DNA from: an uncultured Acidobacteriota bacterium
GTDB lineage: Bacteria > Acidobacteriota > Vicinamibacteria > Vicinamibacterales > Fen-181
DNA: 64,000 nucleotides
Assembly (NCBI GenBank): GCA_963783255.1
Contig: CAWAMP010000022.1
Span: 136,118-200,117 of the forward strand
Direction: 5' to 3'
The notes beneath the pieces are model-generated. The model had not been told where the DNA came from. It did no database searches and was given only the letters and a program-made list of their open reading frames with translations. Positions within the stretch are counted from its first letter, which is position 1, and the number at the start of each line of letters is the position of its first letter. Below, in pieces: positions 55,609 to 64,000 of the stretch. A program made the position numbers and the translations under genes.

Positions 55609-56742
55609 TCATTGGACGGCGGCTCGGCCCGACTGGTTGGAGAATCCCCCTTCCGTCATGACGGCGTCGTGGAATGCCTGCCGCAGCGCGGTCACGGCAT
55701 CGACGCTTGCAGCCCCCGGGTGCACGCGGTTGGAGAGTAGTACCGCGTAGACCCCAGCATCCGGGTCAATCCACAGTGACGTCCCCGTGAAGCCGGTGTG
55801 GCCGAAGGCCCGCGCGGACATGTGCCGGCCGCACGACGACGTGGGAAGCATCGTGTCCCATCCGAGCGCGCGTGAGCTGCCCGGGATGCCGGCGCGCCGT
55901 ACGAACCGTCGGGCTGTCGCGTGCGTGGCCAGCATGGAGCCGCCCGGCGCGCCCGACACCGCCCGGAGCATCGCGCGGGCCAGGCAGCCGACGGCACGCG
56001 CCGTGCCGAACACCCCGGCGTGGCCGGCCACGCCATTCAGCGCCGCCGCGTTTTCGTCGTGCGCAATCCCGAGCGGTGCCCCGACCGGCCCAGTTGGTGC
56101 GATCCGGAGGTGCCAGTCGGCTGGCGGGCGAAATGCAATCTCCGGGGAGGCACCCGCGCAGCACCGGGAATCCTGGCGGGGTGCGTTCCACACAGCCGCG
56201 CACAGGCGATCGAATTGAGAATCGAGCGGCTCTCCGGCCACCCGTTCCAGGAGGAACCCGAGAAGGATGAACCCGAGGTCGCTGTAGACCGAGGCGCTGC
56301 GCGGGGCGTAGGTCAGCGGCTCCGAGCATATGGCGCGCGCGAAGTCCTCCCTGCTGGAGCACGACTGGTAGAGTGGCTTGTGCGCTGGCAGTCCCGAGGC
56401 GTGCGCGAGCAGGTCGGCCACCGTAACGAAAGCCCTGTCCGCTCCCCGCCAGTCGGGGGCAATCTCGGCCACAGGCATCTCCAGGTCCAGCCTGCCGTCG
56501 TCCACCAGCCTCATGGCGATCGATGCGGTGGCAAGCACCTTGGTCAGCGACGCCAGGTCGAAGACGGTGTCGGCCGACACGGCGTCCGCCGCGGGTGCAT
56601 AGGTACGCCGGCCCGCGGCCTCGTGCCACAACACCCCCGCACCGTCGCCGATTTCGGCGACGACACACGGGGCGACGCGGGCGGCCACGGCCCCCTGGAT
56701 CACCCGTCGCGACAGAGGGAAGTCCGCCATTGACTGCGCCAC
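55609..56742 (-). CDS. Serine hydrolase (beta-lactamase / penicillin-binding-protein family)
   Basis: SxxK motif in FDLASLTKVLAT and a YSDLGF segment, 377 aa. The start may be 56730. Confidence 0.8.
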   Translation of the reverse strand: MAQSMADFPLSRRVIQGAVAARVAPCVVAEIGDGAGVLWHEAAGRRTYAPAADAVSADTVFDLASLTKVLATASIAMRLVDDGRLDLEMPVAEIAPDWRGADRAFVTVADLLAHASGLPAHKPLYQSCSSREDFARAICSEPLTYAPRSASVYSDLGFILLGFLLERVAGEPLDSQFDRLCAAVWNAPRQDSRCCAGASPEIAFRPPADWHLRIAPTGPVGAPLGIAHDENAAALNGVAGHAGVFGTARAVGCLARAMLRAVSGAPGGSMLATHATARRFVRRAGIPGSSRALGWDTMLPTSSCGRHMSARAFGHTGFTGTSLWIDPDAGVYAVLLSNRVHPGAASVDAVTALRQAFHDAVMTEGGFSNQSGRAAVQ

Positions 56743-56745
56743 GGT

Positions 56746-58020
56746 TCAAAAGACCTCGCGGGCCAACCGCGTCAGGTAGTCGGCGCCGTCCGGCTGGCTC
56801 ACCAGGCTGTCGTAGGAGCCAATGACGAAGCCGCACGCGCCGAGGCGCTGCGCTGTCCGAATCCTGTCGGCCGTTTCATCGACCGACAGCCGGAACGCAC
56901 CAATCTCGACCCAGACGGGCGTGTCGCCCGCCACCTTCCGGGCGTCGGCCACCTGCGAAGCGAACGTGGCCGCGTCAATCGTGTGGGCGGTCGGGCAAAC
57001 GGCGTCGAGCAGATGCCGCTCGGACCAGCCGGCCCAGTCCTGGAGGTGCTGGCGCCAGGCCGTCCCCGAGTCGGGAACGACGGCCGCGGACACGATGGCC
57101 TGAGGCCGCCGTGATCTGATGACCCGGCGGATCCGGCCGACAAGCGCGGTCAGCCGGTCTCGCCGGAACTCCCGCCACCGATCCGGCAGCGAGTCCGGCC
57201 AGGCCGTCAGGTCGGCTCCAAGCTCTCGTTCCCTCTCACGCCTCGCGTGCTCGTCCAGGCCCGCCAGCACGTCCGCCTTGAACGCCTCGAGTGCAGCACG
57301 ACCGTAGTCGAACTCCGTCGTTGGGTAGGCGACGTCGTCGAGGCGGACTCCGTCGACGGGGTAGCGTGCCGCGAGGTCTGCCACCAGCGCGACCACCGCG
57401 TCCGCCGCCTCGGCGGGCACGGGCGACGCGTAAAGACCGCCGATGTTGTCGGACTGCGCGCGCGTCCACCGCAGGAGTCTGTCCAGGAACAGCTGGCTTC
57501 CGGCGTCGAGCAGCGTCAGCTCCCGCGCCAGGGGGCGCGGCACCATCAGCCACTCGGGGTGCGCGTTGACGACGTGCCCGCGCGAGACCGGCATGTCGCC
57601 GGCGTTTGCCGCGAGCGCGACGCTCACCCGGGCATGCACCCTGAGCCCGCGGCCGTGGGCCAGGGCGAGCGTGACCGCGAGCGGGTCGAACGACGCCGGC
57701 TGGTCACCGAGCGCGGCCGCTCTGGGCCCCAGCCCGCTGCTGAAGTACACCTCCCCGAGGCGGCGCACCTCGACCACCAGCGTGTTGAAGCGCAGGTTCC
57801 GCGCCGCCTCCACCACGGCCGCGATCGATTCGGGGCTGCCGAGGGACCCGTGCTCGACCAGCAGGGCGCGCAGCGCCGAGTCCGCCGCGCCAGCGGATTC
57901 CGAAGAGGCGCGGAGCGAACCGCTGCCGAGAAACGCGGCGGCGGCCGCCGCGAGGGCAGTCAGCGCCAGGCGGGCGCGGCGGCGGCCGGGGCGTCCAACG
58001 TCGGGCATGAGCGGCCTCAC
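56746..58020 (-). CDS. Glycosyl-hydrolase-like 10 (YddW/UPF0748-type) exported protein
   Basis: Signal peptide with Arg-rich n-region. ...NTLVVEVRRLGEVYFSS...FDPLAVTLALAHGRGLRVHARV... resembles the GHL10 family (from memory, no search possible). Confidence 0.55.
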   Translation of the reverse strand: MRPLMPDVGRPGRRRARLALTALAAAAAAFLGSGSLRASSESAGAADSALRALLVEHGSLGSPESIAAVVEAARNLRFNTLVVEVRRLGEVYFSSGLGPRAAALGDQPASFDPLAVTLALAHGRGLRVHARVSVALAANAGDMPVSRGHVVNAHPEWLMVPRPLARELTLLDAGSQLFLDRLLRWTRAQSDNIGGLYASPVPAEAADAVVALVADLAARYPVDGVRLDDVAYPTTEFDYGRAALEAFKADVLAGLDEHARRERERELGADLTAWPDSLPDRWREFRRDRLTALVGRIRRVIRSRRPQAIVSAAVVPDSGTAWRQHLQDWAGWSERHLLDAVCPTAHTIDAATFASQVADARKVAGDTPVWVEIGAFRLSVDETADRIRTAQRLGACGFVIGSYDSLVSQPDGADYLTRLAREVF

Positions 58021-58026
58021 ATCGAC

Positions 58027-58998
58027 TCACGCATGGGACGTCGGCTTGTGGCGCTCTGGCGGATCGACCAGTTCGTGGAGCCGCGGTTCGATGTCCTCGC
58101 CGATGGCCACCCGCACGACATCGTCGGCGCGGCGGAGCTTGGTGAGGGCGCGGCGGTAGTCCAGGCCGGTCTTCTGCATGACGATGGCGGCCTTCACGTT
58201 GCCGTGAGCGCGCTTCAGCAGCTTGTCGGCGGCCGCGTAGTCGATGCCGCTGACGATGACGAGGATCCGGCGCGCCCGGTCCCTGAGCTTCTCCGAACTC
58301 GTCTGGACGTCGACCATCAGGCTTCCGTAGGTCTTGCCCATGCGCACCATCGTGGCGGTCGTCAGCATGTTGAGGACCATCTTGGTCGCCGTGCCCGCCT
58401 TGAGACGCGTGGAGCCGGCGATCACCTCCGGCCCGACGCTGGGGGCGATCGTGAGGTCCACCACCGTCTGCAGCTCAGTGCGGGCGAAGCAGGTGACGAA
58501 GATGATCTTCGCGCCGGCGTGGCGCGCCCGGTTCAGCGCGCCGCGCACGAACGGCGTCATCCCGCTGGCCGACACGCCCACGACGACGTCCTTCGACGTC
58601 GGCCTGAGCCGACCGATCGACCTCGAGCCCTCCTCGTAGTTGTCCTCGACGCCCTCGCGCGGGAGGGTCAGCGCGCGGTTGCCGCCCGCCATCACGGCAC
58701 GGACCATCGACGGGGCCGTTCCGAACGTCGGCGGGATTTCGGCGGCCTCGAGCAGGCCCAGCCTGCCGCTCGTCCCGGCGCCGACGAACACGAGGCGGCC
58801 GCCCTTCCTCAAGGCCCGGCTGATGATCTCGACGCCGACGGCGATCCTCTGCCGCTCCTTCGAGACGGCGGCGATCACCTTCCGGTCCTCGTCGACCATG
58901 AGGTCGATGATGGCCGACGGCGACAGCTTGTCGATGGCGAGGCTGGCAGGGTTGATCGCCTCGGTCGGCAGTTGCTGCCACTTCGATTGCACAAGCAT
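58027..58998 (-). CDS. murQ: N-acetylmuramic acid 6-phosphate etherase (SIS domain)
   Basis: ...RLVFVGAGTSGRLGLLEAAEIPPTFG...VGVSASGMTPFV...EVIAGSTRLKAGTATKMVLNMLTT.... Confidence 0.85.
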   Translation of the reverse strand: MLVQSKWQQLPTEAINPASLAIDKLSPSAIIDLMVDEDRKVIAAVSKERQRIAVGVEIISRALRKGGRLVFVGAGTSGRLGLLEAAEIPPTFGTAPSMVRAVMAGGNRALTLPREGVEDNYEEGSRSIGRLRPTSKDVVVGVSASGMTPFVRGALNRARHAGAKIIFVTCFARTELQTVVDLTIAPSVGPEVIAGSTRLKAGTATKMVLNMLTTATMVRMGKTYGSLMVDVQTSSEKLRDRARRILVIVSGIDYAAADKLLKRAHGNVKAAIVMQKTGLDYRRALTKLRRADDVVRVAIGEDIEPRLHELVDPPERHKPTSHA

Positions 58999-59142
58999 GA
59001 TGGGACAACCCGACTGCGGAAGCCGAAATACTAGCCCCGCAGGCGCGCACTGTCAAACGCGGCCGGCTCGCCGCCTGCGCCCTGGTCCCCGCGTGCAACG
59101 GCGCTTGACTCGCTGCCTCCCGACGCGTGAAGCTAGCCACGA

Positions 59143-60042
59143 ATGCCGCCGCCGGATGCCTCGGCCGTCGTCGACGCCTATCTCGATCACCTGCGCGTGG
59201 AGCGCCGCCTCGCGCGGCTCACCGTCGAGAGCTACAGCCGCGACCTGGTCGCGCTGGCCCGCTTCGCCGAGGCGGCGCACACGCCGGTCGAGGCGCTGTC
59301 GCGCCAGGATCTCGAGGCGTTCGTCCGCGGGCTGATGTCGGGCGGCCTCTCGCCGCGATCGACGGCCCGCGCCGTGGCGTGCGTGCGCGGCTTCTACCGC
59401 TTCCTGGTGCTCGACCGGCGGCTCGACGCCAGCCCGGCCGACGACCTTCGCGCGCCGCGCGCGTGGCCGGCGCTGCCGCGGTTCCTCTCCATCGACGAGG
59501 TCGATCGGCTGTTGGCGGCGCCCGACGTGTCGACGCCCCTGGGGCTCCGCGATCGGGCGATGATCGAACTGCTCTACGCCACGGGTCTGCGCGTGACCGA
59601 GTTGGTGGGACTCCGCGCCGCGGACCTGAATCTCGACGCCGGCTATCTGACCTGTACGGGGAAGGGTGGCAAGCAGCGCCTGGTGCCGATGGGCGACCAG
59701 GCGGTGCTGTGGATCCGGCGCTATCTGCGGGACGGCCGGCCGCTGATCGTCGCCGGCCGCTCCGCCGCGCGGCTCTTCGTCAACGCGCGCGGCGGCGCGC
59801 TGTCGCGCGTCGGGTTCTGGAAGAACCTGAAGAGGCACGGCGTCCGGGCCGGGCTGGCCGCCGGCCTCAGCCCTCACGTGCTCCGGCACTCGTTCGCCAC
59901 GCACCTGCTGGACCGCGGCGCCGACCTGCGCGCGATCCAGATGATGCTCGGCCACGCCGACCTCTCGACCACCCAGATCTACACGCACGTCCTCGACGCG
60001 CGCATGCGGACGATCTACGAACGCTTCCATCCGCGTCCTTGA
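59143..60042 (+). CDS. xerD: Tyrosine recombinase XerD (chromosome dimer resolution)
   Basis: The N-terminal SAM-like domain (…[23 protein letters not shown]…) and the catalytic RHSFATHLL...[15 protein letters not shown] match the XerC/D pattern. Confidence 0.85.
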   Translation: MPPPDASAVVDAYLDHLRVERRLARLTVESYSRDLVALARFAEAAHTPVEALSRQDLEAFVRGLMSGGLSPRSTARAVACVRGFYRFLVLDRRLDASPADDLRAPRAWPALPRFLSIDEVDRLLAAPDVSTPLGLRDRAMIELLYATGLRVTELVGLRAADLNLDAGYLTCTGKGGKQRLVPMGDQAVLWIRRYLRDGRPLIVAGRSAARLFVNARGGALSRVGFWKNLKRHGVRAGLAAGLSPHVLRHSFATHLLDRGADLRAIQMMLGHADLSTTQIYTHVLDARMRTIYERFHPRP

Positions 60043-60119
60043 CCCCAGTGTCCGAGGGACGCTACAGTCAACGGAACTCGTTCTCGCCCGTCCTGCGTTC
60101 GAGCGGAGGAACACGACCC

Positions 60120-61271
<1,152 letters not shown>

Positions 61272-61289
61272 GACCGGCCCCCCGGCAGG

Positions 61290-63038
61290 ATGCGTGTGAC
61301 AGCCCGCGCGCGCATGCTCGTTGGCGGAGCCGTTCTGGCTGCCGCCGGCCTGGTGGCGGTGTTCGCGCTGCTGCCGTCGCTTCCGGCGTCGACGCCGGTG
61401 CCATCGTGGGCTCCCTCGGTACCCGCGATCCGCGGAGTCTTCCACGTTCACACGAAGCGTTCGGACGGCACCGGCACCGTCGCGGAGGTGGCGGACGCCG
61501 CCGCGAAAGCCGGTCTGCAGTTCGTCATCTTCACCGACCATGGCGACGCGACGACACCGCCCGACACGCCCAACTACCGCTCCGGCGTGCTGTGCATCGA
61601 CGCGGTCGAAATCAGCACGGCCGGCGGGCACTACGCGGCGCTTGGGATGGACCGCGCGCCGTATCCTCTGGCCGGCGAACCGCGCGATGTCGCCGACGAC
61701 GTCAGGCGGCTGGGCGGCTTCGGCATCGTCACGCACCCGCTGTCGGCCAAGTCCGACCTCGCATGGCTCGGATGGGACGCGAGAATCGACGCGATCGAGT
61801 GGCTCAACGGTGACAGCGTGTGGAGGGACGCCTCGCTGCCCAGGCTGCTCGGCACCGCGTGGACCTACCCCTTCCGCCCCGCGCCCTCGATAGCCTCGCT
61901 CTACGGGCGCCCGAAGGCGATCGCCCGGTGGGACCGCCTGCTGAGAGGCGGGCGCGTCGTCGGCCTCGCCGGCACCGACGCACACGCGCGCCTCGGGCTC
62001 CGGGACGACCAAGAACCGTACGTCAACCCCGTCTTCCTGCGCGTCCCGTCCTACGAGGCCGCATTCGAGGTGGCCTCGCTCAGAGTCGGACTGGCGCAGG
62101 CGCTCACGCGCGACGCCGCGCGCGACGCCAGCGCCATCATCGGCGCCATCCGCGCCGGCCATGTCCACGCCGTGGTCGACGCGCTGGCCTCGCCCGCGCT
62201 CTTCGAGTTCTGGGCCAGGAGCGGGGGAGTCTCGGCGATTCAAGGCGACTCCCTGCCGGGCAACGAACCGGTTGTCATCCGCGTCCGCGCGAATCCCCCT
62301 CACGGAGGGCGAATCGTGCTGTTTCGCGATGGCACGGAAGTGCACCGCGTGCATGCGAGCGAACTCGTCTACGCCGGCGACCGGCCCGGGGCCTACCGCG
62401 CGGAGGTGTGGCTGCCCTCGCGGGGCGAGGGCGGGTTCGTGCCCTGGATTGTCGGCAACCCGATCTACGTCGGCGAACCCGGAAGCAACGCGGCGCCCGC
62501 GGTGATCGACATGGGCGGGCCTTCGGTCCGCCTCGAGACGGCGGACCCGCTGTGGGGCGTCGAGCGCGACGCAAAGTCGCTGGCGGATCTCGACCGGACG
62601 GCGGACGGCATCGGCCTGCGTTTCACCCTGGCAGGCGCGCCAGCCGCCGCTCCGTTCGCGGCGCTCGACGCGACGACGACCATCCCGCCCGGTTCCACGG
62701 GTCTGGCCTTCAGGGGAAGCGCCGACCGGCCGATGCGGCTGTCGGTGCAGGTCCGCGTGGTCACAGCCGGAGAAGGGAAGCGCTGGCAGCGCTCGTTCTA
62801 CCTCGACCCGGTCGTCCGCGATTTCGTGATCCCGTTCGCAGACATGACATCGACCGGCGCCTTCGCGTCCGGTCCGCCCGACGTGGCGAACGTGAAGACC
62901 ATCCTCTTCGTCGCCGACACCGTGAACACGCCCCGGGGGGCCGCCGGCCGCTTCCTCCTGGATCAGGTCCGGTTCTTCTCTCCAGGCACGCCGGGGAAGT
63001 CGCACGGGCGGCCGGGCCCACCTACGTCCGCACGGTGA
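61290..63038 (+). CDS. PHP-domain (CehA/McbA-like) metallohydrolase with an N-terminal membrane anchor and a large uncharacterised C-terminal region
   Basis: GVFHVHTKRSDGTG...FVIFTDHGD PHP motifs. The remainder is not recognised. Its last 17 nt overlap the convergent permease gene. Confidence 0.65.
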   Translation: MRVTARARMLVGGAVLAAAGLVAVFALLPSLPASTPVPSWAPSVPAIRGVFHVHTKRSDGTGTVAEVADAAAKAGLQFVIFTDHGDATTPPDTPNYRSGVLCIDAVEISTAGGHYAALGMDRAPYPLAGEPRDVADDVRRLGGFGIVTHPLSAKSDLAWLGWDARIDAIEWLNGDSVWRDASLPRLLGTAWTYPFRPAPSIASLYGRPKAIARWDRLLRGGRVVGLAGTDAHARLGLRDDQEPYVNPVFLRVPSYEAAFEVASLRVGLAQALTRDAARDASAIIGAIRAGHVHAVVDALASPALFEFWARSGGVSAIQGDSLPGNEPVVIRVRANPPHGGRIVLFRDGTEVHRVHASELVYAGDRPGAYRAEVWLPSRGEGGFVPWIVGNPIYVGEPGSNAAPAVIDMGGPSVRLETADPLWGVERDAKSLADLDRTADGIGLRFTLAGAPAAAPFAALDATTTIPPGSTGLAFRGSADRPMRLSVQVRVVTAGEGKRWQRSFYLDPVVRDFVIPFADMTSTGAFASGPPDVANVKTILFVADTVNTPRGAAGRFLLDQVRFFSPGTPGKSHGRPGPPTSAR

Positions 63039-64000
63039 GCATCAGGAAGGCCGCGCCCGTGCCGAAGAGGAGGTTCGGGGCCCACGCGGCCAGGACGGGC
63101 GTGACGATGCCCAGCAATCCGACGACGCCGAACACGTTGTTGGCCGTCCAGTAGACCATGGCCAGGACAATCCCGACTCCGATGCCGTAGAGCGTCCCGC
63201 GCCGGCCCGTCGTCACCGCGAACGGGACCGCCAGGAGCGTCATGACGATCGTCACGAACGGGAAGGCGATCTTGCGGTGGAGATCGACGAGCTGCTGGAG
63301 CATGTTGAGGCCCGACCCCCGCATGCTGTCGATGTAGTCGCGCAGGTCGGCGTAGGTCATCGACGCCGCGTCGGGGGGCTCGGTGCCGAAGTAGTCGGCA
63401 GCCTCCATGCTGAAGTCGCGGCTCGTGAACGTCAGGTACTGCGAGGTCCCGCCGGGCTCGAGCAGGCGGGTCCATCCCGCGCCGCCCTTCCACCGGGCGG
63501 TCGTCGCGTCCGGCCTCAGCGAGGCGTCATCGAATCTCGCCGACGCCATGTAGGTAATCCGGGAGAGCCGCCAGGCCTGCTGGTCGAACTCGAACCTCCA
63601 GAAGCCGTGGAGTTCCCGCCGCCGCGGGTCGAACACGTCGTAGTGGTAGATGTCGCCGTTCCTGCCCGAGGTCCAGCGCCGTTGAAGCACGTTGACGATC
63701 CGGGGTCTGCCATGCCGGACCTGGTGCTCCAAATCGAGCGCCTGCCGGTTCGACGGCGCCAGCGCGTACTCGTCCAGCGCGAACAGGAGGACGCTGGACG
63801 CCGCCGCGAGCCCGAGCAGGGGAACGGCCGTCCGATACAGGCTGATGCCGCACGCGCGCATCACCACCAGTTCGCTGCTTCGCGTCATCGCGCCGACGGT
63901 CACGAGGGTCGCAATGAGGACCGACAGGGGAACGATGAAGTGCGCGAACTGCGGCGTCTTGTACAGGAAGAGCCGGGCCATCAGGTCGAAGGTGGCCGAC
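63022..64000 (-). CDS. LptF/LptG-family (YjgP/YjgQ) LPS export permease, 5' end beyond the right edge
   Basis: ...FAHFIVPLSVLIATLVTVGAMTRSSELVVMRACGISLYR..., a periplasmic beta-jellyroll-like middle, then C-terminal TM segments. The frame stays open upstream of the listed start to position 64000. Confidence 0.8.
   Translation of the reverse strand, partial: SATFDLMARLFLYKTPQFAHFIVPLSVLIATLVTVGAMTRSSELVVMRACGISLYRTAVPLLGLAAASSVLLFALDEYALAPSNRQALDLEHQVRHGRPRIVNVLQRRWTSGRNGDIYHYDVFDPRRRELHGFWRFEFDQQAWRLSRITYMASARFDDASLRPDATTARWKGGAGWTRLLEPGGTSQYLTFTSRDFSMEAADYFGTEPPDAASMTYADLRDYIDSMRGSGLNMLQQLVDLHRKIAFPFVTIVMTLLAVPFAVTTGRRGTLYGIGVGIVLAMVYWTANNVFGVVGLLGIVTPVLAAWAPNLLFGTGAAFLMLTVRT

Noticed and set aside
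59143-60042. Tyrosine recombinase as a marker of an integrated mobile element.
   Set aside because: The sequence has the XerC/D pattern (SAM-like N-domain; RHSFATHLL...[13 protein letters not shown]). It is flanked by murQ and metK housekeeping genes. There is no tRNA, no direct repeats and no phage or transposon genes nearby.
60043-60119. Looked for a SAM riboswitch upstream of metK.
   Set aside because: The spacer is only 77 nt and lacks the SAM-I conserved strings that I remember. It is too short for a SAM-I aptamer plus expression platform. I cannot exclude small SAM-II/V-type pseudoknots without cmscan.

Overview
This is a visibly high-GC bacterial chromosomal segment (roughly two-thirds G+C by eye, not computed). 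Genes are densely packed on both strands, with many 1-4 nt stop/start overlaps, and most are housekeeping.

Content from left to right:
- a ~1,195-aa secreted triple-repeat protein and a few small exported hypotheticals
- ttcA-dtd-dapF
- radC-larC-metG-tatD
- a polyprenyl synthase
- ligA
- an NtrC-type response regulator followed by the RNase P RNA (rnpB)
- an SDR sugar epimerase
- comEA
- a GspH/FimT-like pseudopilin, PilZ and AAA+ enhancer-binding-protein trio
- the glycine cleavage operon gcvT-H-PA-PB
- a class IV aminotransferase plus Asp/Glu-type racemase pair
- nnr-tsaE
- guaB and secA
- an M23 peptidase, comM and a LysM/SLT transglycosylase
- a ~12 kb hybrid type II secretion / type IVa pilus-like cluster (SLT, GspF, GspE, PilM, PilN, PilO, PilP-like, secretin, three pseudopilins, an Ig/PKD lipoprotein)
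- a murQ-centred cell-wall recycling operon
- xerD, metK, a PHP-domain protein and a truncated lptF/G-type permease

I found no rRNA, tRNA, CRISPR array, transposase or prophage signature.

The strongest sequence-level observation is that six genes, and probably a seventh, are interrupted by +1 frameshifts. One of them is the essential secA. Each shift is explained by one duplicated base. I read this mainly as insertion-type consensus error in the assembly rather than biology, but it needs a read-level check.

The most unusual biological items are:
- the hybrid secretion/pilus cluster, whose lipoprotein secretin has TPR and cohesin-like domains
- the pseudopilin-PilZ-EBP module, whose EBP has a degenerate GAFTGA loop
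- the three-propeller secreted protein

I cannot show from sequence alone that any of these is a new system. Taxonomic placement (the gene content looks Acidobacteriota-like) is only a guess.
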